Assembly: GCF_024223415.1 (NCBI RefSeq)
Contig: NZ_CP100500.1
DNA from: Escherichia coli
GTDB lineage: Bacteria > Pseudomonadota > Gammaproteobacteria > Enterobacterales > Enterobacteriaceae
Length of the DNA: 64,000 nt
Direction: 5' to 3' (one strand)
Both the position numbers and the translations under genes were made by a program. Positions within the stretch are counted from its first letter, which is position 1; each line of letters starts with the position of its first letter. Shown one piece after another: positions 10,050-23,813 of this stretch. Under the pieces are notes generated by a model. It was not told the DNA's origin. It saw nothing but the letters and a program-made list of their open reading frames with translations, and did not search any database.

Positions 10050-11063
10050 ATGAATACTGAAGCCACGCACGACCAAAATGAAGCACTTACTACCGGCGCT
10101 CGCCTGCGTAATGCTCGCGAACAACTAGGACTTAGTCAGCAGGCCGTTGCCGAGCGACTTTGCCTGAAGGTTTCCACGGTACGCGACATTGAAGAAGATA
10201 AGGCACCCGCCGATCTTGCTTCAACATTCCTGCGCGGATATATCCGCTCTTATGCGCGTCTGGTACATATTCCAGAAGAAGAACTGCTGCCAGGGCTGGA
10301 AAAGCAGGCTCCACTACGGGCTGCAAAAGTTGCGCCGATGCAGAGTTTTTCCCTCGGTAAACGCCGCAAAAAACGCGACGGCTGGCTGATGACCTTCACC
10401 TGGCTGGTGTTGTTTGTGGTTATCGGCCTGAGCGGTGCCTGGTGGTGGCAAGACCACAAAGCTCAGCAGGAAGAGATCACCACTATGGCCGATCAATCTT
10501 CGGCGGAACTGAGCAGTAATAGCGAGCAGGGGCAGAGTGTTCCGTTAAATACGTCGACAACTACAGACCCGGCTACAACGTCCACGCCGCCAGCGTCTGT
10601 GGATACTACCGCAACCAACACGCAAACACCTGCCGTAACTGCGCCAGCACCAGCTGTTGATCCGCAACAGAATGCGGTTGTTTCGCCTTCGCAGGCAAAT
10701 GTTGATACCGCCGCGACCCCGGCACCAACGGCAACAACAACGCCAGATGGTGCTGCGCCGTTGCCAACCGATCAGGCTGGCGTGACCACGCCGGCGGCTG
10801 ATCCGAATGCGCTGGTGATGAACTTTACTGCCGATTGCTGGCTGGAGGTCACTGATGCTACCGGTAAAAAATTGTTTAGCGGTATGCAGCGTAAAGACGG
10901 TAATTTGAACTTAACCGGCCAGGCACCGTACAAACTGAAAATTGGTGCGCCAGCCGCAGTACAGATCCAGTATCAAGGGAAACCTGTCGATCTGAGTCGT
11001 TTTATCAGAACTAACCAGGTTGCGCGTCTGACCCTCAATGCCGAACAATCACCGGCGCAGTAA
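10050..11063 (+). CDS. rodZ: Cytoskeleton protein RodZ (HTH, single TM, Pro/Thr/Ala-rich periplasmic linker)
   Basis: 337-aa ORF with N-terminal XRE-type HTH, a hydrophobic segment and a low-complexity linker; lies between rlmN and ispG. Confidence 0.9.
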   Translation: MNTEATHDQNEALTTGARLRNAREQLGLSQQAVAERLCLKVSTVRDIEEDKAPADLASTFLRGYIRSYARLVHIPEEELLPGLEKQAPLRAAKVAPMQSFSLGKRRKKRDGWLMTFTWLVLFVVIGLSGAWWWQDHKAQQEEITTMADQSSAELSSNSEQGQSVPLNTSTTTDPATTSTPPASVDTTATNTQTPAVTAPAPAVDPQQNAVVSPSQANVDTAATPAPTATTTPDGAAPLPTDQAGVTTPAADPNALVMNFTADCWLEVTDATGKKLFSGMQRKDGNLNLTGQAPYKLKIGAPAAVQIQYQGKPVDLSRFIRTNQVARLTLNAEQSPAQ

Positions 11064-11089
11064 CAGACGGGTAACGCGGGAGATTTTTC

Positions 11090-12208
11090 ATGCATAACCA
11101 GGCTCCAATTCAACGTAGAAAATCAACACGTATTTACGTTGGGAATGTGCCGATTGGCGATGGTGCTCCCATCGCCGTACAGTCCATGACCAATACGCGT
11201 ACGACAGATGTCGAAGCAACGGTCAATCAAATCAAGGCGCTGGAACGCGTTGGCGCTGATATCGTCCGTGTCTCCGTACCGACGATGGACGCGGCAGAAG
11301 CGTTCAAACTCATCAAACAGCAGGTTAACGTGCCGCTGGTGGCTGACATCCACTTCGACTATCGCATTGCGCTGAAAGTAGCGGAATACGGCGTCGATTG
11401 TCTGCGTATTAACCCTGGCAATATCGGTAATGAAGAGCGTATTCGCATGGTGGTTGACTGTGCGCGCGATAAAAACATTCCGATCCGTATTGGCGTTAAC
11501 GCCGGATCGCTGGAAAAAGATCTGCAAGAAAAGTATGGCGAACCGACGCCGCAGGCGTTGCTGGAATCCGCCATGCGCCATGTTGATCATCTCGATCGCC
11601 TGAACTTCGATCAGTTCAAAGTCAGCGTGAAAGCGTCTGACGTCTTCCTCGCTGTTGAGTCTTATCGTTTGCTGGCAAAACAAATCGATCAGCCGCTGCA
11701 TCTGGGGATCACCGAAGCGGGTGGCGCGCGCAGCGGGGCAGTAAAATCCGCCATTGGTTTAGGTCTGCTGCTGTCTGAAGGCATCGGCGACACGCTGCGC
11801 GTATCACTGGCGGCCGATCCGGTCGAAGAGATCAAAGTCGGTTTCGATATTTTGAAATCGCTGCGTATCCGTTCGCGAGGGATCAACTTCATCGCCTGCC
11901 CGACCTGTTCGCGTCAGGAATTTGATGTTATCGGTACGGTTAACGCGCTGGAGCAACGCCTGGAAGATATCATCACTCCGATGGACGTTTCGATTATCGG
12001 CTGCGTGGTGAATGGCCCAGGTGAGGCGCTGGTTTCTACACTCGGCGTCACCGGCGGCAACAAGAAAAGCGGCCTCTATGAAGATGGCGTGCGCAAAGAC
12101 CGTCTGGACAACAACGATATGATCGACCAGCTGGAAGCACGCATTCGTGCGAAAGCCAGTCAGCTGGACGAAGCGCGTCGAATTGACGTTCAGCAGGTTG
12201 AAAAATAA
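11090..12208 (+). CDS. ispG: 4-hydroxy-3-methylbut-2-enyl diphosphate synthase
   Basis: 372-aa ORF recognised as IspG (GcpE). Confidence 0.95.
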
Positions 12209-12318
12209 TAACGTGATGGGAAGCGCCTCGCTTCCCGTGTATGATTGAACCCGCATAGCTCCCGAAACATTGAGGGAAGCGTTGAGGGTTCATTTTTATA
12301 TTCAGAAAGAGAATAAAC

Positions 12319-13593
12319 GTGGCAAAAAACATTCAAGCCATTCGCGGCATGAACGATTACCTGCCTGGCGAAACGGCCATCTGGCAGCGCATTGAAGGCA
12401 CACTGAAAAACGTGCTCGGCAGCTACGGTTACAGTGAAATCCGCTTGCCGATTGTAGAGCAGACCCCGCTATTCAAACGTGCGATTGGTGAAGTCACCGA
12501 CGTGGTTGAAAAAGAGATGTACACCTTTGAGGATCGCAATGGCGACAGCCTGACTCTGCGCCCTGAAGGGACGGCGGGCTGTGTACGCGCCGGCATCGAG
12601 CATGGTCTTCTGTACAATCAGGAACAGCGTCTGTGGTATATCGGGCCGATGTTCCGTCACGAGCGTCCGCAGAAAGGGCGTTATCGTCAGTTCCATCAGT
12701 TGGGCTGCGAAGTTTTCGGTCTGCAAGGTCCGGATATCGACGCTGAACTGATTATGCTCACCGCCCGCTGGTGGCGCGCGCTGGGTATTTCCGAGCACGT
12801 AACTCTTGAGCTGAATTCTATCGGTTCGCTGGAAGCACGCGCCAATTACCGCGATGCGCTGGTGGCATTCCTTGAGCAGCATAAAGAAAAGCTGGACGAA
12901 GACTGCAAACGCCGCATGTACACTAACCCGCTGCGCGTGCTGGATTCAAAAAATCCGGAAGTGCAGGCGCTTCTCAACGACGCTCCGGCATTAGGTGATT
13001 ATCTGGACGAGGAATCTCGTGAGCATTTTGCCGGTCTGTGCAAACTGCTTGAGAGCGCGGGGATCGCTTACACCGTAAACCAGCGTCTGGTGCGTGGTCT
13101 GGATTACTATAACCGTACCGTTTTCGAGTGGGTGACTAACAGTCTCGGCTCCCAGGGCACCGTGTGTGCAGGCGGTCGTTATGACGGTCTTGTGGAACAA
13201 CTGGGCGGCCGTGCAACACCGGCTGTCGGTTTTGCGATGGGCCTCGAACGTCTTGTATTGTTAGTACAGGCCGTTAATCCGGAATTTAAAGCCGATCCTG
13301 TTGTCGATATATACCTGGTGGCTTCAGGTGCTGATACACAATCTGCGGCTATGGCATTAGCTGAGCGTCTGCGTGATGAATTACCGGGCGTGAAATTGAT
13401 GACCAACCACGGCGGCGGCAACTTTAAGAAACAGTTTGCCCGTGCTGATAAATGGGGTGCCCGCGTTGCTGTGGTGCTGGGTGAGTCTGAAGTGGCTAAC
13501 GGCACAGCAGTAGTGAAGGATTTGCGCTCTGGTGAGCAAACGGCAGTTGCGCAGGATAGCGTAGCCGCGCATTTGCGCACGTTACTGGGTTAA
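12319..13593 (+). CDS. hisS: Histidine--tRNA ligase
   Basis: 424-aa ORF starting at GTG 12319 ([10 protein letters not shown]), recognised as HisS. Confidence 0.95.
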
Positions 13594-13610
13594 GGAAGGA
13601 GAAGGACAGC

Positions 13611-14231
13611 GTGGAAATTTACGAGAACGAAAACGACCAGGTAGAAGCGGTTAAACGCTTTTTTGCTGAAAATGGCAAAGCACTGGCTGTTGGGGTGATT
13701 TTGGGCGTTGGCGCACTGATTGGCTGGCGCTACTGGAACAGCCATCAGGTTGATTCTGCACGCTCCGCTTCTCTTGCCTATCAAAATGCGGTTACCGCAG
13801 TGAGCGAAGGCAAACCGGATAGCATCCCGGCGGCGGAAAAATTTGCTGCTGAAAATAAAAATACTTATGGTGCGCTGGCTTCTTTGGAACTTGCGCAGCA
13901 ATTTGTTGACAAAAATGAACTAGAGAAAGCTGCCGCCCAGTTACAACAGGGGCTGGCAGACACGAGCGATGAAAATCTCAAAGCCGTGATAAATCTGCGT
14001 CTTGCTCGCGTTCAGGTACAGCTCAAGCAGGCTGATGCCGCGCTGAAAACCCTTGATACCATCAAAGGTGAAGGGTGGGCTGCCATTGTTGCCGACCTGC
14101 GTGGTGAAGCATTGCTGAGCAAAGGTGATAAGCAAGGTGCGCGTAGTGCATGGGAAGCAGGCGTGAAAAGCGATGTTACTCCGGCACTGAGCGAAATGAT
14201 GCAGATGAAAATTAATAATTTGTCCATCTGA
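13611..14231 (+). CDS. yfgM: Inner-membrane anchored TPR-like protein YfgM
   Basis: 206-aa ORF starting at GTG; sequence and position between hisS and bamB. Confidence 0.9.
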   Translation: MEIYENENDQVEAVKRFFAENGKALAVGVILGVGALIGWRYWNSHQVDSARSASLAYQNAVTAVSEGKPDSIPAAEKFAAENKNTYGALASLELAQQFVDKNELEKAAAQLQQGLADTSDENLKAVINLRLARVQVQLKQADAALKTLDTIKGEGWAAIVADLRGEALLSKGDKQGARSAWEAGVKSDVTPALSEMMQMKINNLSI

Positions 14232-14241
14232 GAGGGACCCG

Positions 14242-15420
14242 ATGCAATTGCGTAAATTACTGCTGCCAGGACTGCTTTCCGTTACCCTTTTAAGCGGCTG
14301 TTCGCTGTTTAACAGCGAAGAAGATGTGGTAAAGATGTCCCCATTGCCAACCGTTGAAAACCAGTTTACGCCGACCACGGCGTGGAGCACTTCCGTTGGT
14401 AGCGGCATTGGCAACTTCTATTCCAATCTTCATCCGGCACTGGCGGACAACGTTGTCTATGCAGCGGACCGCGCTGGTTTAGTAAAAGCGCTGAATGCGG
14501 ATGATGGCAAAGAAATCTGGTCTGTCAGCCTGGCCGAGAAAGATGGCTGGTTCTCTAAAGAGCCTGCATTACTTTCTGGCGGTGTGACCGTGTCTGGTGG
14601 ACATGTCTACATTGGCAGCGAAAAGGCGCAGGTTTACGCGCTGAATACCAGCGATGGTACTGTGGCATGGCAAACTAAAGTCGCGGGTGAAGCACTTTCG
14701 CGCCCGGTGGTCAGCGACGGTCTGGTGTTAATCCACACCAGTAACGGTCAGTTACAAGCGCTGAACGAAGCTGACGGCGCTGTCAAATGGACAGTTAACC
14801 TCGATATGCCTTCGCTCTCTTTGCGTGGTGAGTCTGCGCCGGCAACGGCTTTTGGTGCGGCCGTCGTGGGGGGCGATAATGGTCGCGTCAGCGCAGTGCT
14901 GATGGAACAGGGCCAGATGATTTGGCAGCAGCGTATTTCCCAGGCGACCGGTTCTACCGAAATTGACCGTCTGAGCGATGTTGACACGACTCCCGTCGTT
15001 GTTAACGGCGTTGTTTTCGCGCTGGCCTATAATGGTAACCTGACGGCGCTTGATCTGCGCAGTGGTCAGATTATGTGGAAACGCGAACTGGGTTCGGTGA
15101 ATGATTTCATCGTCGACGGCAATCGCATCTATCTGGTCGATCAAAATGACCGGGTGATGGCGTTGACCATTGATGGCGGCGTTACGCTGTGGACACAAAG
15201 CGATCTGCTGCATCGCCTGCTGACTTCTCCGGTGCTGTATAATGGCAACCTGGTGGTCGGTGACAGTGAAGGTTATTTGCACTGGATTAACGTCGAAGAT
15301 GGTCGTTTCGTTGCCCAGCAAAAAGTTGATAGTTCCGGTTTCCAGACTGAACCGGTTGCCGCTGACGGCAAACTGCTGATCCAGGCAAAAGACGGAACCG
15401 TGTACTCTATTACACGTTAA
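14242..15420 (+). CDS. bamB: Outer membrane protein assembly factor BamB (lipoprotein)
   Basis: 392-aa ORF with lipoprotein signal (LLSGC) and repeated beta-propeller-like segments. Confidence 0.95.
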   Translation: MQLRKLLLPGLLSVTLLSGCSLFNSEEDVVKMSPLPTVENQFTPTTAWSTSVGSGIGNFYSNLHPALADNVVYAADRAGLVKALNADDGKEIWSVSLAEKDGWFSKEPALLSGGVTVSGGHVYIGSEKAQVYALNTSDGTVAWQTKVAGEALSRPVVSDGLVLIHTSNGQLQALNEADGAVKWTVNLDMPSLSLRGESAPATAFGAAVVGGDNGRVSAVLMEQGQMIWQQRISQATGSTEIDRLSDVDTTPVVVNGVVFALAYNGNLTALDLRSGQIMWKRELGSVNDFIVDGNRIYLVDQNDRVMALTIDGGVTLWTQSDLLHRLLTSPVLYNGNLVVGDSEGYLHWINVEDGRFVAQQKVDSSGFQTEPVAADGKLLIQAKDGTVYSITR

Positions 15421-15442
15421 TCGTCTCTGTCGTTCACTTTGA

Positions 15443-15478
15443 AAACGGCTCCTGGACAGGGGCCGTTTTCCTGTTTTT
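15443..15478 (+). terminator. Putative rho-independent terminator after bamB
   Basis: Hairpin cggctcctg / caggggccg followed by TTTTCCTGTTTTT. Confidence 0.55.
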
Positions 15479-15537
15479 AACAACGACGCGAATATAGCGT
15501 GCGTTGTCTGATGATTTATAAAAATGAGGCTTTAAAC

Positions 15538-17010
15538 ATGGTACCTGTGGTCGCGCTTGTCGGGCGCCCTAACGTAGGAAAATCCACGTTATTTAACCGT
15601 CTAACTCGCACCCGAGATGCGCTGGTTGCGGATTTCCCGGGTCTGACTCGTGACCGTAAGTACGGTCGTGCGGAAATTGAAGGCCGTGAGTTTATCTGTA
15701 TTGATACCGGCGGGATTGATGGCACAGAAGACGGTGTAGAAACCCGCATGGCGGAACAGTCGCTGCTGGCGATTGAAGAAGCGGACGTCGTACTGTTTAT
15801 GGTGGATGCGCGCGCGGGCCTGATGCCGGCAGATGAAGCGATTGCCAAACATCTGCGCTCCCGTGAAAAACCTACCTTCCTGGTGGCAAACAAAACTGAC
15901 GGTCTGGATCCCGATCAGGCAGTGGTTGATTTCTACTCGCTTGGTTTAGGTGAAATCTACCCGATCGCCGCGTCTCACGGTCGTGGCGTATTAAGTCTGC
16001 TGGAGCATGTGCTACTGCCGTGGATGGAAGATCTCGCACCGCAAGAGGAAGTCGACGAAGACGCTGAATACTGGGCGCAATTTGAAGCGGAAGAGAACGG
16101 CGAAGAAGAAGAGGAAGACGACTTCGACCCGCAAAGTCTGCCGATCAAACTGGCGATTGTGGGTCGTCCGAACGTAGGTAAGTCTACACTCACTAACCGT
16201 ATTCTTGGTGAAGAGCGCGTTGTTGTTTATGACATGCCTGGTACGACGCGTGACAGTATCTACATTCCAATGGAACGCGATGGACGTGAGTATGTGCTCA
16301 TTGACACCGCTGGCGTACGTAAACGCGGCAAAATCACCGATGCTGTAGAGAAATTCTCCGTAATCAAAACGTTGCAGGCCATTGAAGACGCCAACGTGGT
16401 GATGTTAGTGATTGATGCGCGCGAAGGTATTTCCGATCAGGATCTCTCGCTGCTAGGCTTTATTCTCAATAGTGGGCGCTCACTTGTCATTGTGGTGAAT
16501 AAGTGGGATGGCCTGAGCCAGGAAGTGAAAGAGCAGGTGAAAGAAACGCTGGACTTCCGTCTGGGCTTTATCGATTTTGCTCGTGTGCACTTTATCTCTG
16601 CCTTGCACGGCAGTGGTGTTGGTAACTTGTTTGAATCAGTACGTGAAGCGTATGACAGCTCCACCCGTCGTGTGGGGACCTCTATGCTGACGCGCATCAT
16701 GACGATGGCTGTTGAAGATCACCAACCGCCGCTTGTACGCGGTCGTCGTGTGAAGCTGAAATATGCCCACGCCGGTGGTTATAATCCGCCGATTGTGGTG
16801 ATTCACGGTAATCAGGTGAAAGACCTGCCTGATTCCTACAAGCGTTACTTGATGAACTACTTCCGCAAATCGCTGGACGTAATGGGATCGCCGATTCGTA
16901 TTCAGTTCAAAGAAGGGGAAAACCCGTATGCGAACAAGCGTAACACCCTGACGCCAACCCAGATGCGTAAACGTAAGCGTCTGATGAAGCACATCAAGAA
17001 AAATAAATAA
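15538..17010 (+). CDS. der: Ribosome-associated double-GTPase Der (EngA)
   Basis: Two GTPase domains with P-loops GRPNVGKST; start placed at the ATG at 15538 (490 aa) rather than the upstream in-frame ATG of the ORF track. Confidence 0.9.
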
Positions 17011-17078
17011 TTATCCGTAAGTATTTTATCTGCCATTCCCTCTATGAATGTAGAGGGGTGGCTACCGGAGGAATTCAT

Positions 17079-18691
<1,613 letters not shown>

Positions 18692-18773
18692 TTATTCAGT
18701 CGATAGTAACCCGCCCTCCGGGGATAGCAAGCATTTTTTGCAAAAAGGGGTAGATGCAATCGGTTACGCTCTG

Positions 18774-18779
18774 TATAAT
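18774..18779 (+). promoter_or_regulatory. Candidate -10 hexamer (TATAAT) of the guaBA promoter
   Basis: Perfect TATAAT about 45 nt upstream of the guaB ATG; the -35 element is not convincingly placed. Confidence 0.4.
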
Positions 18780-18822
18780 GCCGCGGCAATATTTATTAAC
18801 CACTCTGGTCGAGATATTGCCC

Positions 18823-20289
18823 ATGCTACGTATCGCTAAAGAAGCTCTGACGTTTGACGACGTTCTCCTCGTTCCTGCTCATTCTACCGTTCTGCCGAAT
18901 ACTGCTGACCTCAGCACCCAGCTGACGAAAACTATTCGTCTGAATATCCCTATGCTTTCCGCAGCAATGGATACCGTAACGGAAGCGCGCCTGGCTATTG
19001 CTCTGGCTCAGGAAGGCGGTATCGGCTTTATCCACAAAAACATGTCCATTGAACGCCAGGCAGAAGAAGTTCGCCGTGTGAAAAAACACGAATCTGGTGT
19101 GGTGACTGATCCGCAGACTGTTCTGCCAACCACGACGCTGCGCGAAGTGAAAGAACTGACCGAGCGTAACGGTTTTGCGGGCTATCCGGTCGTTACCGAA
19201 GAAAACGAACTGGTGGGTATTATCACCGGTCGTGACGTGCGTTTTGTTACCGACCTGAACCAGCCGGTTAGCGTTTACATGACGCCGAAAGAGCGTCTGG
19301 TCACCGTGCGTGAAGGTGAAGCCCGTGAAGTGGTGCTGGCAAAAATGCACGAAAAACGCGTTGAAAAAGCGCTGGTGGTTGATGACGAATTCCACCTGAT
19401 CGGCATGATCACCGTGAAAGATTTCCAGAAAGCGGAACGTAAACCGAACGCCTGTAAAGACGAGCAAGGCCGTCTGCGTGTTGGTGCTGCAGTTGGCGCA
19501 GGTGCGGGTAACGAAGAGCGTGTTGACGCGCTGGTTGCCGCTGGCGTTGACGTTCTGCTGATCGACTCCTCCCACGGTCACTCAGAAGGCGTTTTGCAGC
19601 GTATCCGTGAAACCCGTGCTAAATATCCGGATCTGCAAATCATCGGCGGCAACGTGGCAACAGCTGCAGGTGCACGCGCTCTGGCAGAAGCTGGTTGCAG
19701 CGCGGTTAAAGTCGGTATCGGCCCTGGTTCTATCTGTACGACTCGTATCGTTACTGGCGTAGGTGTTCCGCAGATCACTGCCGTTGCTGACGCAGTTGAA
19801 GCCCTGGAAGGCACCGGTATTCCGGTTATCGCAGATGGTGGTATTCGCTTCTCCGGCGACATCGCCAAAGCTATCGCCGCTGGCGCAAGCGCGGTGATGG
19901 TAGGTTCCATGCTGGCGGGTACTGAAGAATCTCCGGGTGAAATCGAACTCTACCAGGGCCGTTCTTACAAATCTTACCGTGGTATGGGTTCCCTGGGCGC
20001 GATGTCCAAAGGTTCCTCTGACCGTTATTTCCAGAGCGATAACGCTGCCGACAAACTGGTGCCGGAAGGTATCGAAGGTCGCGTAGCTTATAAAGGTCGC
20101 CTGAAAGAGATCATTCACCAGCAGATGGGCGGCCTGCGCTCCTGTATGGGTCTGACCGGCTGTGGTACTATCGACGAACTGCGTACTAAAGCGGAGTTTG
20201 TACGTATCAGCGGTGCGGGCATTCAGGAAAGCCACGTTCACGACGTGACCATTACTAAAGAGTCCCCGAACTACCGTCTGGGCTCCTGA
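18823..20289 (+). CDS. guaB: IMP dehydrogenase
   Basis: 488-aa product starting [21 protein letters not shown]; the ORF-track start at 18754 is an upstream in-frame extension. Confidence 0.95.
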
Positions 20290-20357
20290 TTCTCTTCGCC
20301 CGACTTCATGTCGGGCGATTTATATTATCTGTTTCACTTGCCTCGGAATAAGCGTCA

Positions 20358-21935
20358 ATGACGGAAAACATTCATAAGCATCGCATCCTCATTCTGGACT
20401 TCGGTTCTCAGTACACTCAACTGGTTGCGCGCCGCGTGCGTGAGCTGGGTGTTTACTGCGAACTGTGGGCGTGGGATGTGACAGAAGCACAAATTCGTGA
20501 CTTCAATCCAAGCGGCATTATTCTTTCCGGCGGCCCGGAAAGTACTACTGAAGAAAACAGTCCGCGTGCGCCGCAGTATGTCTTTGAAGCAGGCGTACCG
20601 GTATTCGGCGTTTGCTATGGCATGCAGACCATGGCAATGCAGTTGGGCGGTCACGTTGAAGCCTCTAACGAACGTGAATTTGGCTACGCGCAGGTTGAAG
20701 TCGTAAACGACAGCGCACTGGTTCGCGGTATCGAAGATGCGCTGACCGCAGACGGTAAACCGCTGCTCGATGTCTGGATGAGCCACGGCGATAAAGTTAC
20801 CGCTATCCCGTCCGACTTCATCACCGTAGCCAGCACCGAAAGCTGCCCGTTTGCCATTATGGCTAACGAAGAAAAACGCTTCTATGGCGTACAGTTCCAC
20901 CCGGAAGTGACTCACACCCGCCAGGGTATGCGCATGCTGGAGCGTTTTGTGCGTGATATCTGCCAGTGTGAAGCCCTGTGGACGCCAGCGAAAATTATCG
21001 ACGATGCTGTAGCTCGCATCCGCGAGCAGGTAGGCGACGATAAAGTCATCCTCGGCCTCTCTGGTGGTGTGGATTCCTCCGTAACCGCAATGCTGCTGCA
21101 CCGCGCTATCGGTAAAAACCTGACTTGCGTATTCGTCGACAACGGCCTGCTGCGTCTCAACGAAGCAGAGCAGGTTCTGGATATGTTTGGCGATCACTTT
21201 GGTCTGAACATTGTTCACGTACCGGCAGAAGATCGCTTCCTGTCAGCGCTGGCTGGCGAAAACGATCCGGAAGCAAAACGTAAAATCATCGGTCGCGTTT
21301 TCGTTGAAGTATTCGATGAAGAAGCGCTGAAACTGGAAGACGTGAAGTGGCTGGCGCAGGGCACCATCTACCCTGACGTTATCGAATCTGCGGCGTCTGC
21401 AACCGGTAAAGCACACGTCATCAAATCTCACCACAACGTGGGCGGCCTGCCGAAAGAGATGAAGATGGGCCTGGTTGAACCGCTGAAAGAGCTGTTCAAA
21501 GACGAAGTGCGTAAGATTGGTCTGGAGCTGGGCCTGCCGTACGACATGCTGTACCGTCATCCGTTCCCGGGACCAGGCCTTGGCGTTCGTGTTCTGGGTG
21601 AAGTGAAGAAAGAGTACTGTGACCTGCTGCGCCGTGCTGACGCCATCTTCATTGAAGAACTGCGTAAAGCGGACCTGTACGATAAAGTCAGCCAGGCGTT
21701 CACCGTCTTCCTGCCAGTACGTTCCGTTGGCGTAATGGGCGATGGTCGTAAGTATGACTGGGTTGTCTCTCTGCGTGCTGTCGAAACCATCGACTTTATG
21801 ACCGCACACTGGGCGCATCTGCCGTACGATTTCCTCGGTCGCGTTTCCAACCGCATTATCAATGAAGTGAACGGTATTTCCCGCGTGGTGTATGACATCA
21901 GCGGCAAGCCGCCAGCTACCATTGAGTGGGAATGA
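20358..21935 (+). CDS. guaA: GMP synthase (glutamine-hydrolysing)
   Basis: 525-aa ORF recognised as GuaA. Confidence 0.95.
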
Positions 21936-21957
21936 TTTGACCCTGCACTATGAATGA

Positions 21958-21990
21958 ACAAAACCCTCTGTTACTACAGAGGGTTTTTTA
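21958..21990. terminator. Bidirectional rho-independent terminator between guaA and yfgI
   Basis: Perfect hairpin aaaccctctg / cagagggttt flanked by an A-run upstream and T-run downstream. Confidence 0.7.
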
Positions 21991-22027
21991 TCTTCAAGAA
22001 TTATAGGCTTGAAGTTACTAACATCGA

Positions 22028-22567
22028 TTAATTAAACCAGCTGTCCGATTTGTTCTCTTCTGCTTTGCCCACGCTTTTCATCAGATCGCGACCGCCTTCA
22101 GTCATATTTCTGTTGGCGTCAGCTTCAGATTGCACCACATCGGTTTGCGCAGCTTTGTGCTTCAGTTCCTGATCGATAAATTCGTTTTCTCGCTTAACGC
22201 GGGCTTCTTCTTTTGCCAGCGCCAGTTTTTGTTTCTGAATCTCTAAGCTGCGTAGCTCATCTTCATAACTTTGATCGCGTTTTTTGTCCGCAGTGGCTTC
22301 GGCGTCCAGTTTATCCTGACGAGCTTTCTTATTTGCCGCTGCCGTTGCCGCTCTTTTGTTAGCGGCAGCCTGGGCATTTGCGCGACGTTGCTTCTCTTGC
22401 TGGATTTCCCTGTTGCGCTCCGCGACCCATTCGTCATGCTGCCTTTGCTCTTCATTTTTACCTTGCTGTTCCGCTTCTGCGACAGCAGAGAGTTGATCCT
22501 GCAATGATGAGGCGATAGCCGGATAGCTTAAGGAGGCCAAGATGGCGCAAAGAAAAACTTTCTTCAT
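22028..22567 (-). CDS. yfgI: Periplasmic coiled-coil protein YfgI
   Basis: 179-aa ORF with signal peptide and charged Ala/Gln/Lys/Glu-rich body; position next to guaA. Confidence 0.85.
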   Translation of the reverse strand: MKKVFLCAILASLSYPAIASSLQDQLSAVAEAEQQGKNEEQRQHDEWVAERNREIQQEKQRRANAQAAANKRAATAAANKKARQDKLDAEATADKKRDQSYEDELRSLEIQKQKLALAKEEARVKRENEFIDQELKHKAAQTDVVQSEADANRNMTEGGRDLMKSVGKAEENKSDSWFN

Positions 22568-22582
22568 GACTCCTCCTGATTA

Positions 22583-23101
22583 TTAGCTCTTTTCAGGACA
22601 TTTGGTATTTGGCTGAATACGCGTTTCGTTATACGTCGTGGTAATAACAACGGCTAAACCTGTCGTAAACTGGCACTCTTTACCCACCTGAGTAGAGGTA
22701 TACACTTTGGTGCCTTCCTTATACGTTAAAGAAACACCTTCCACTAAGGTTTTATCATTCACCATAGAACCCGCTGCCGCGCCTACAGCTCCGCCGCCAA
22801 CTGCACCTGCCGTCGTTCCGGAATTGCTGCCAGACCCGACGTTGTGGCCGATAACACCGCCAGCGACTGCGCCAATAAGCGCGCCGAAGGCTTGTGCGTT
22901 CCGTTTATTTTGGGAGTTGTCTACGGCAACTTTTGCGGGAAGAATGGAAATAATATTAACGGTTTTAGTTTCTTGTTTGGTATTCAGTTGATCGGTTTGA
23001 TAAACATCGGCAGCATGATCGTCAGCATTTGACTGGCATCCTGCCAGAGTGAATGACGCTAACATTGCCACAGGTAGAAGACATTTTTTAAATTTCATCA
23101 C
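22583..23101 (-). CDS. yfgH: Outer membrane lipoprotein YfgH (glycine-zipper)
   Basis: 172-aa ORF with lipoprotein signal (LAGC) and Gly-rich GxxxG tract. Confidence 0.85.
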   Translation of the reverse strand: MMKFKKCLLPVAMLASFTLAGCQSNADDHAADVYQTDQLNTKQETKTVNIISILPAKVAVDNSQNKRNAQAFGALIGAVAGGVIGHNVGSGSNSGTTAGAVGGGAVGAAAGSMVNDKTLVEGVSLTYKEGTKVYTSTQVGKECQFTTGLAVVITTTYNETRIQPNTKCPEKS

Positions 23102-23411
23102 TATTCCTTGTTATACACATTACGAAAAATAAGACATTTAAGATCATCAAAAGAGGAAAGTAAATGTATTGCGTATAAAGGGATAGATTAAATTTATTAA
23201 AATTCACGCAGGGAATAATTTATAAAAATATATCATTACAACATATATATTAATTTTATATTTATTTCGCAGCCAAACAGGATAAACATCAGTCAGGACA
23301 AAGACGTAAAATTTAAGATGAAAGAATATCTGCCGCTTTGATAATCCCAAAGAGCAAAAGCATCCGACAGCGAAGTGCCGTTATGTTCTGTGAAAGTGGA
23401 GAAGGTAACCG

Positions 23412-23603
23412 CTAACGTTGTACCGGTGATTCGACGGAGAGTGTGGATTGCTGAGCTTCTTTTTTGCTCTGATGGTGCTGCCAGGCACCGACGGACGAGT
23501 AGATAAAACGGCCAAAGAAGAAGATAAAGCTGATGAGCAGTACGATACGGGTCATGCGACTGTTAAATCGGTGTCGTTTTCGCATACTGGTTGCCTGACT
23601 CAC
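23412..23603 (-). CDS. yfgG: Small membrane protein YfgG
   Basis: 63-aa ORF with one hydrophobic segment, at the conserved position between yfgH and pdeF. Confidence 0.7.
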   Translation of the reverse strand: MSQATSMRKRHRFNSRMTRIVLLISFIFFFGRFIYSSVGAWQHHQSKKEAQQSTLSVESPVQR

Positions 23604-23813
23604 AAAAGGTTCCTTGAAGTATGTCCCACGCTGTGGACGGTACTTACATTAAGGCACAACAGGACAAAATGGTCAATTCTTCGTTATGTAAAAAAGCGTC
23701 AGTGGATACATATTTTAATGTTATGGAAGTTAATTTAATTATTTACAATGATGATGTAATAATGATGAATTAACATGATAAACGTAATAATTCATTAATC
23801 AGGGTTATTTTGT

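Noticed and set aside
12218-12236. Hairpin gggaag...cttccc downstream of ispG as a terminator or hisS attenuator
   Set aside because: No U-tract follows; it may be an RNA structure or processing site, but there is not enough evidence to call a feature.
14752-15483. 243-aa minus-strand ORF overlapping bamB
   Set aside because: Antisense to bamB, low-complexity Arg/Gln-rich translation, no plausible promoter or RBS.
15499-15537. N-terminal extensions in the ORF track (der 15499, guaB 18754, ppx 27817, upp 31994, uraA 32691, purC 56750, hyfA 53215, hyfC 50551, ypfH 61342, ypfN 62369)
   Set aside because: Longest-ORF artefacts; the internal starts reproduce the known protein N-termini and have better ribosome-binding context.
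18826-20241. Long minus-strand ORFs (251, 219 and 110 aa) overlapping guaB
   Set aside because: Antisense shadow ORFs of a highly expressed gene; no recognisable domains.
20355-21218. 287-aa minus-strand ORF inside guaA (with 21243-21818 and 20912-21160)
   Set aside because: Entirely antisense to the well-supported guaA coding sequence; no independent start or Shine-Dalgarno context and an Arg/Phe/Val-rich composition typical of antisense frames.
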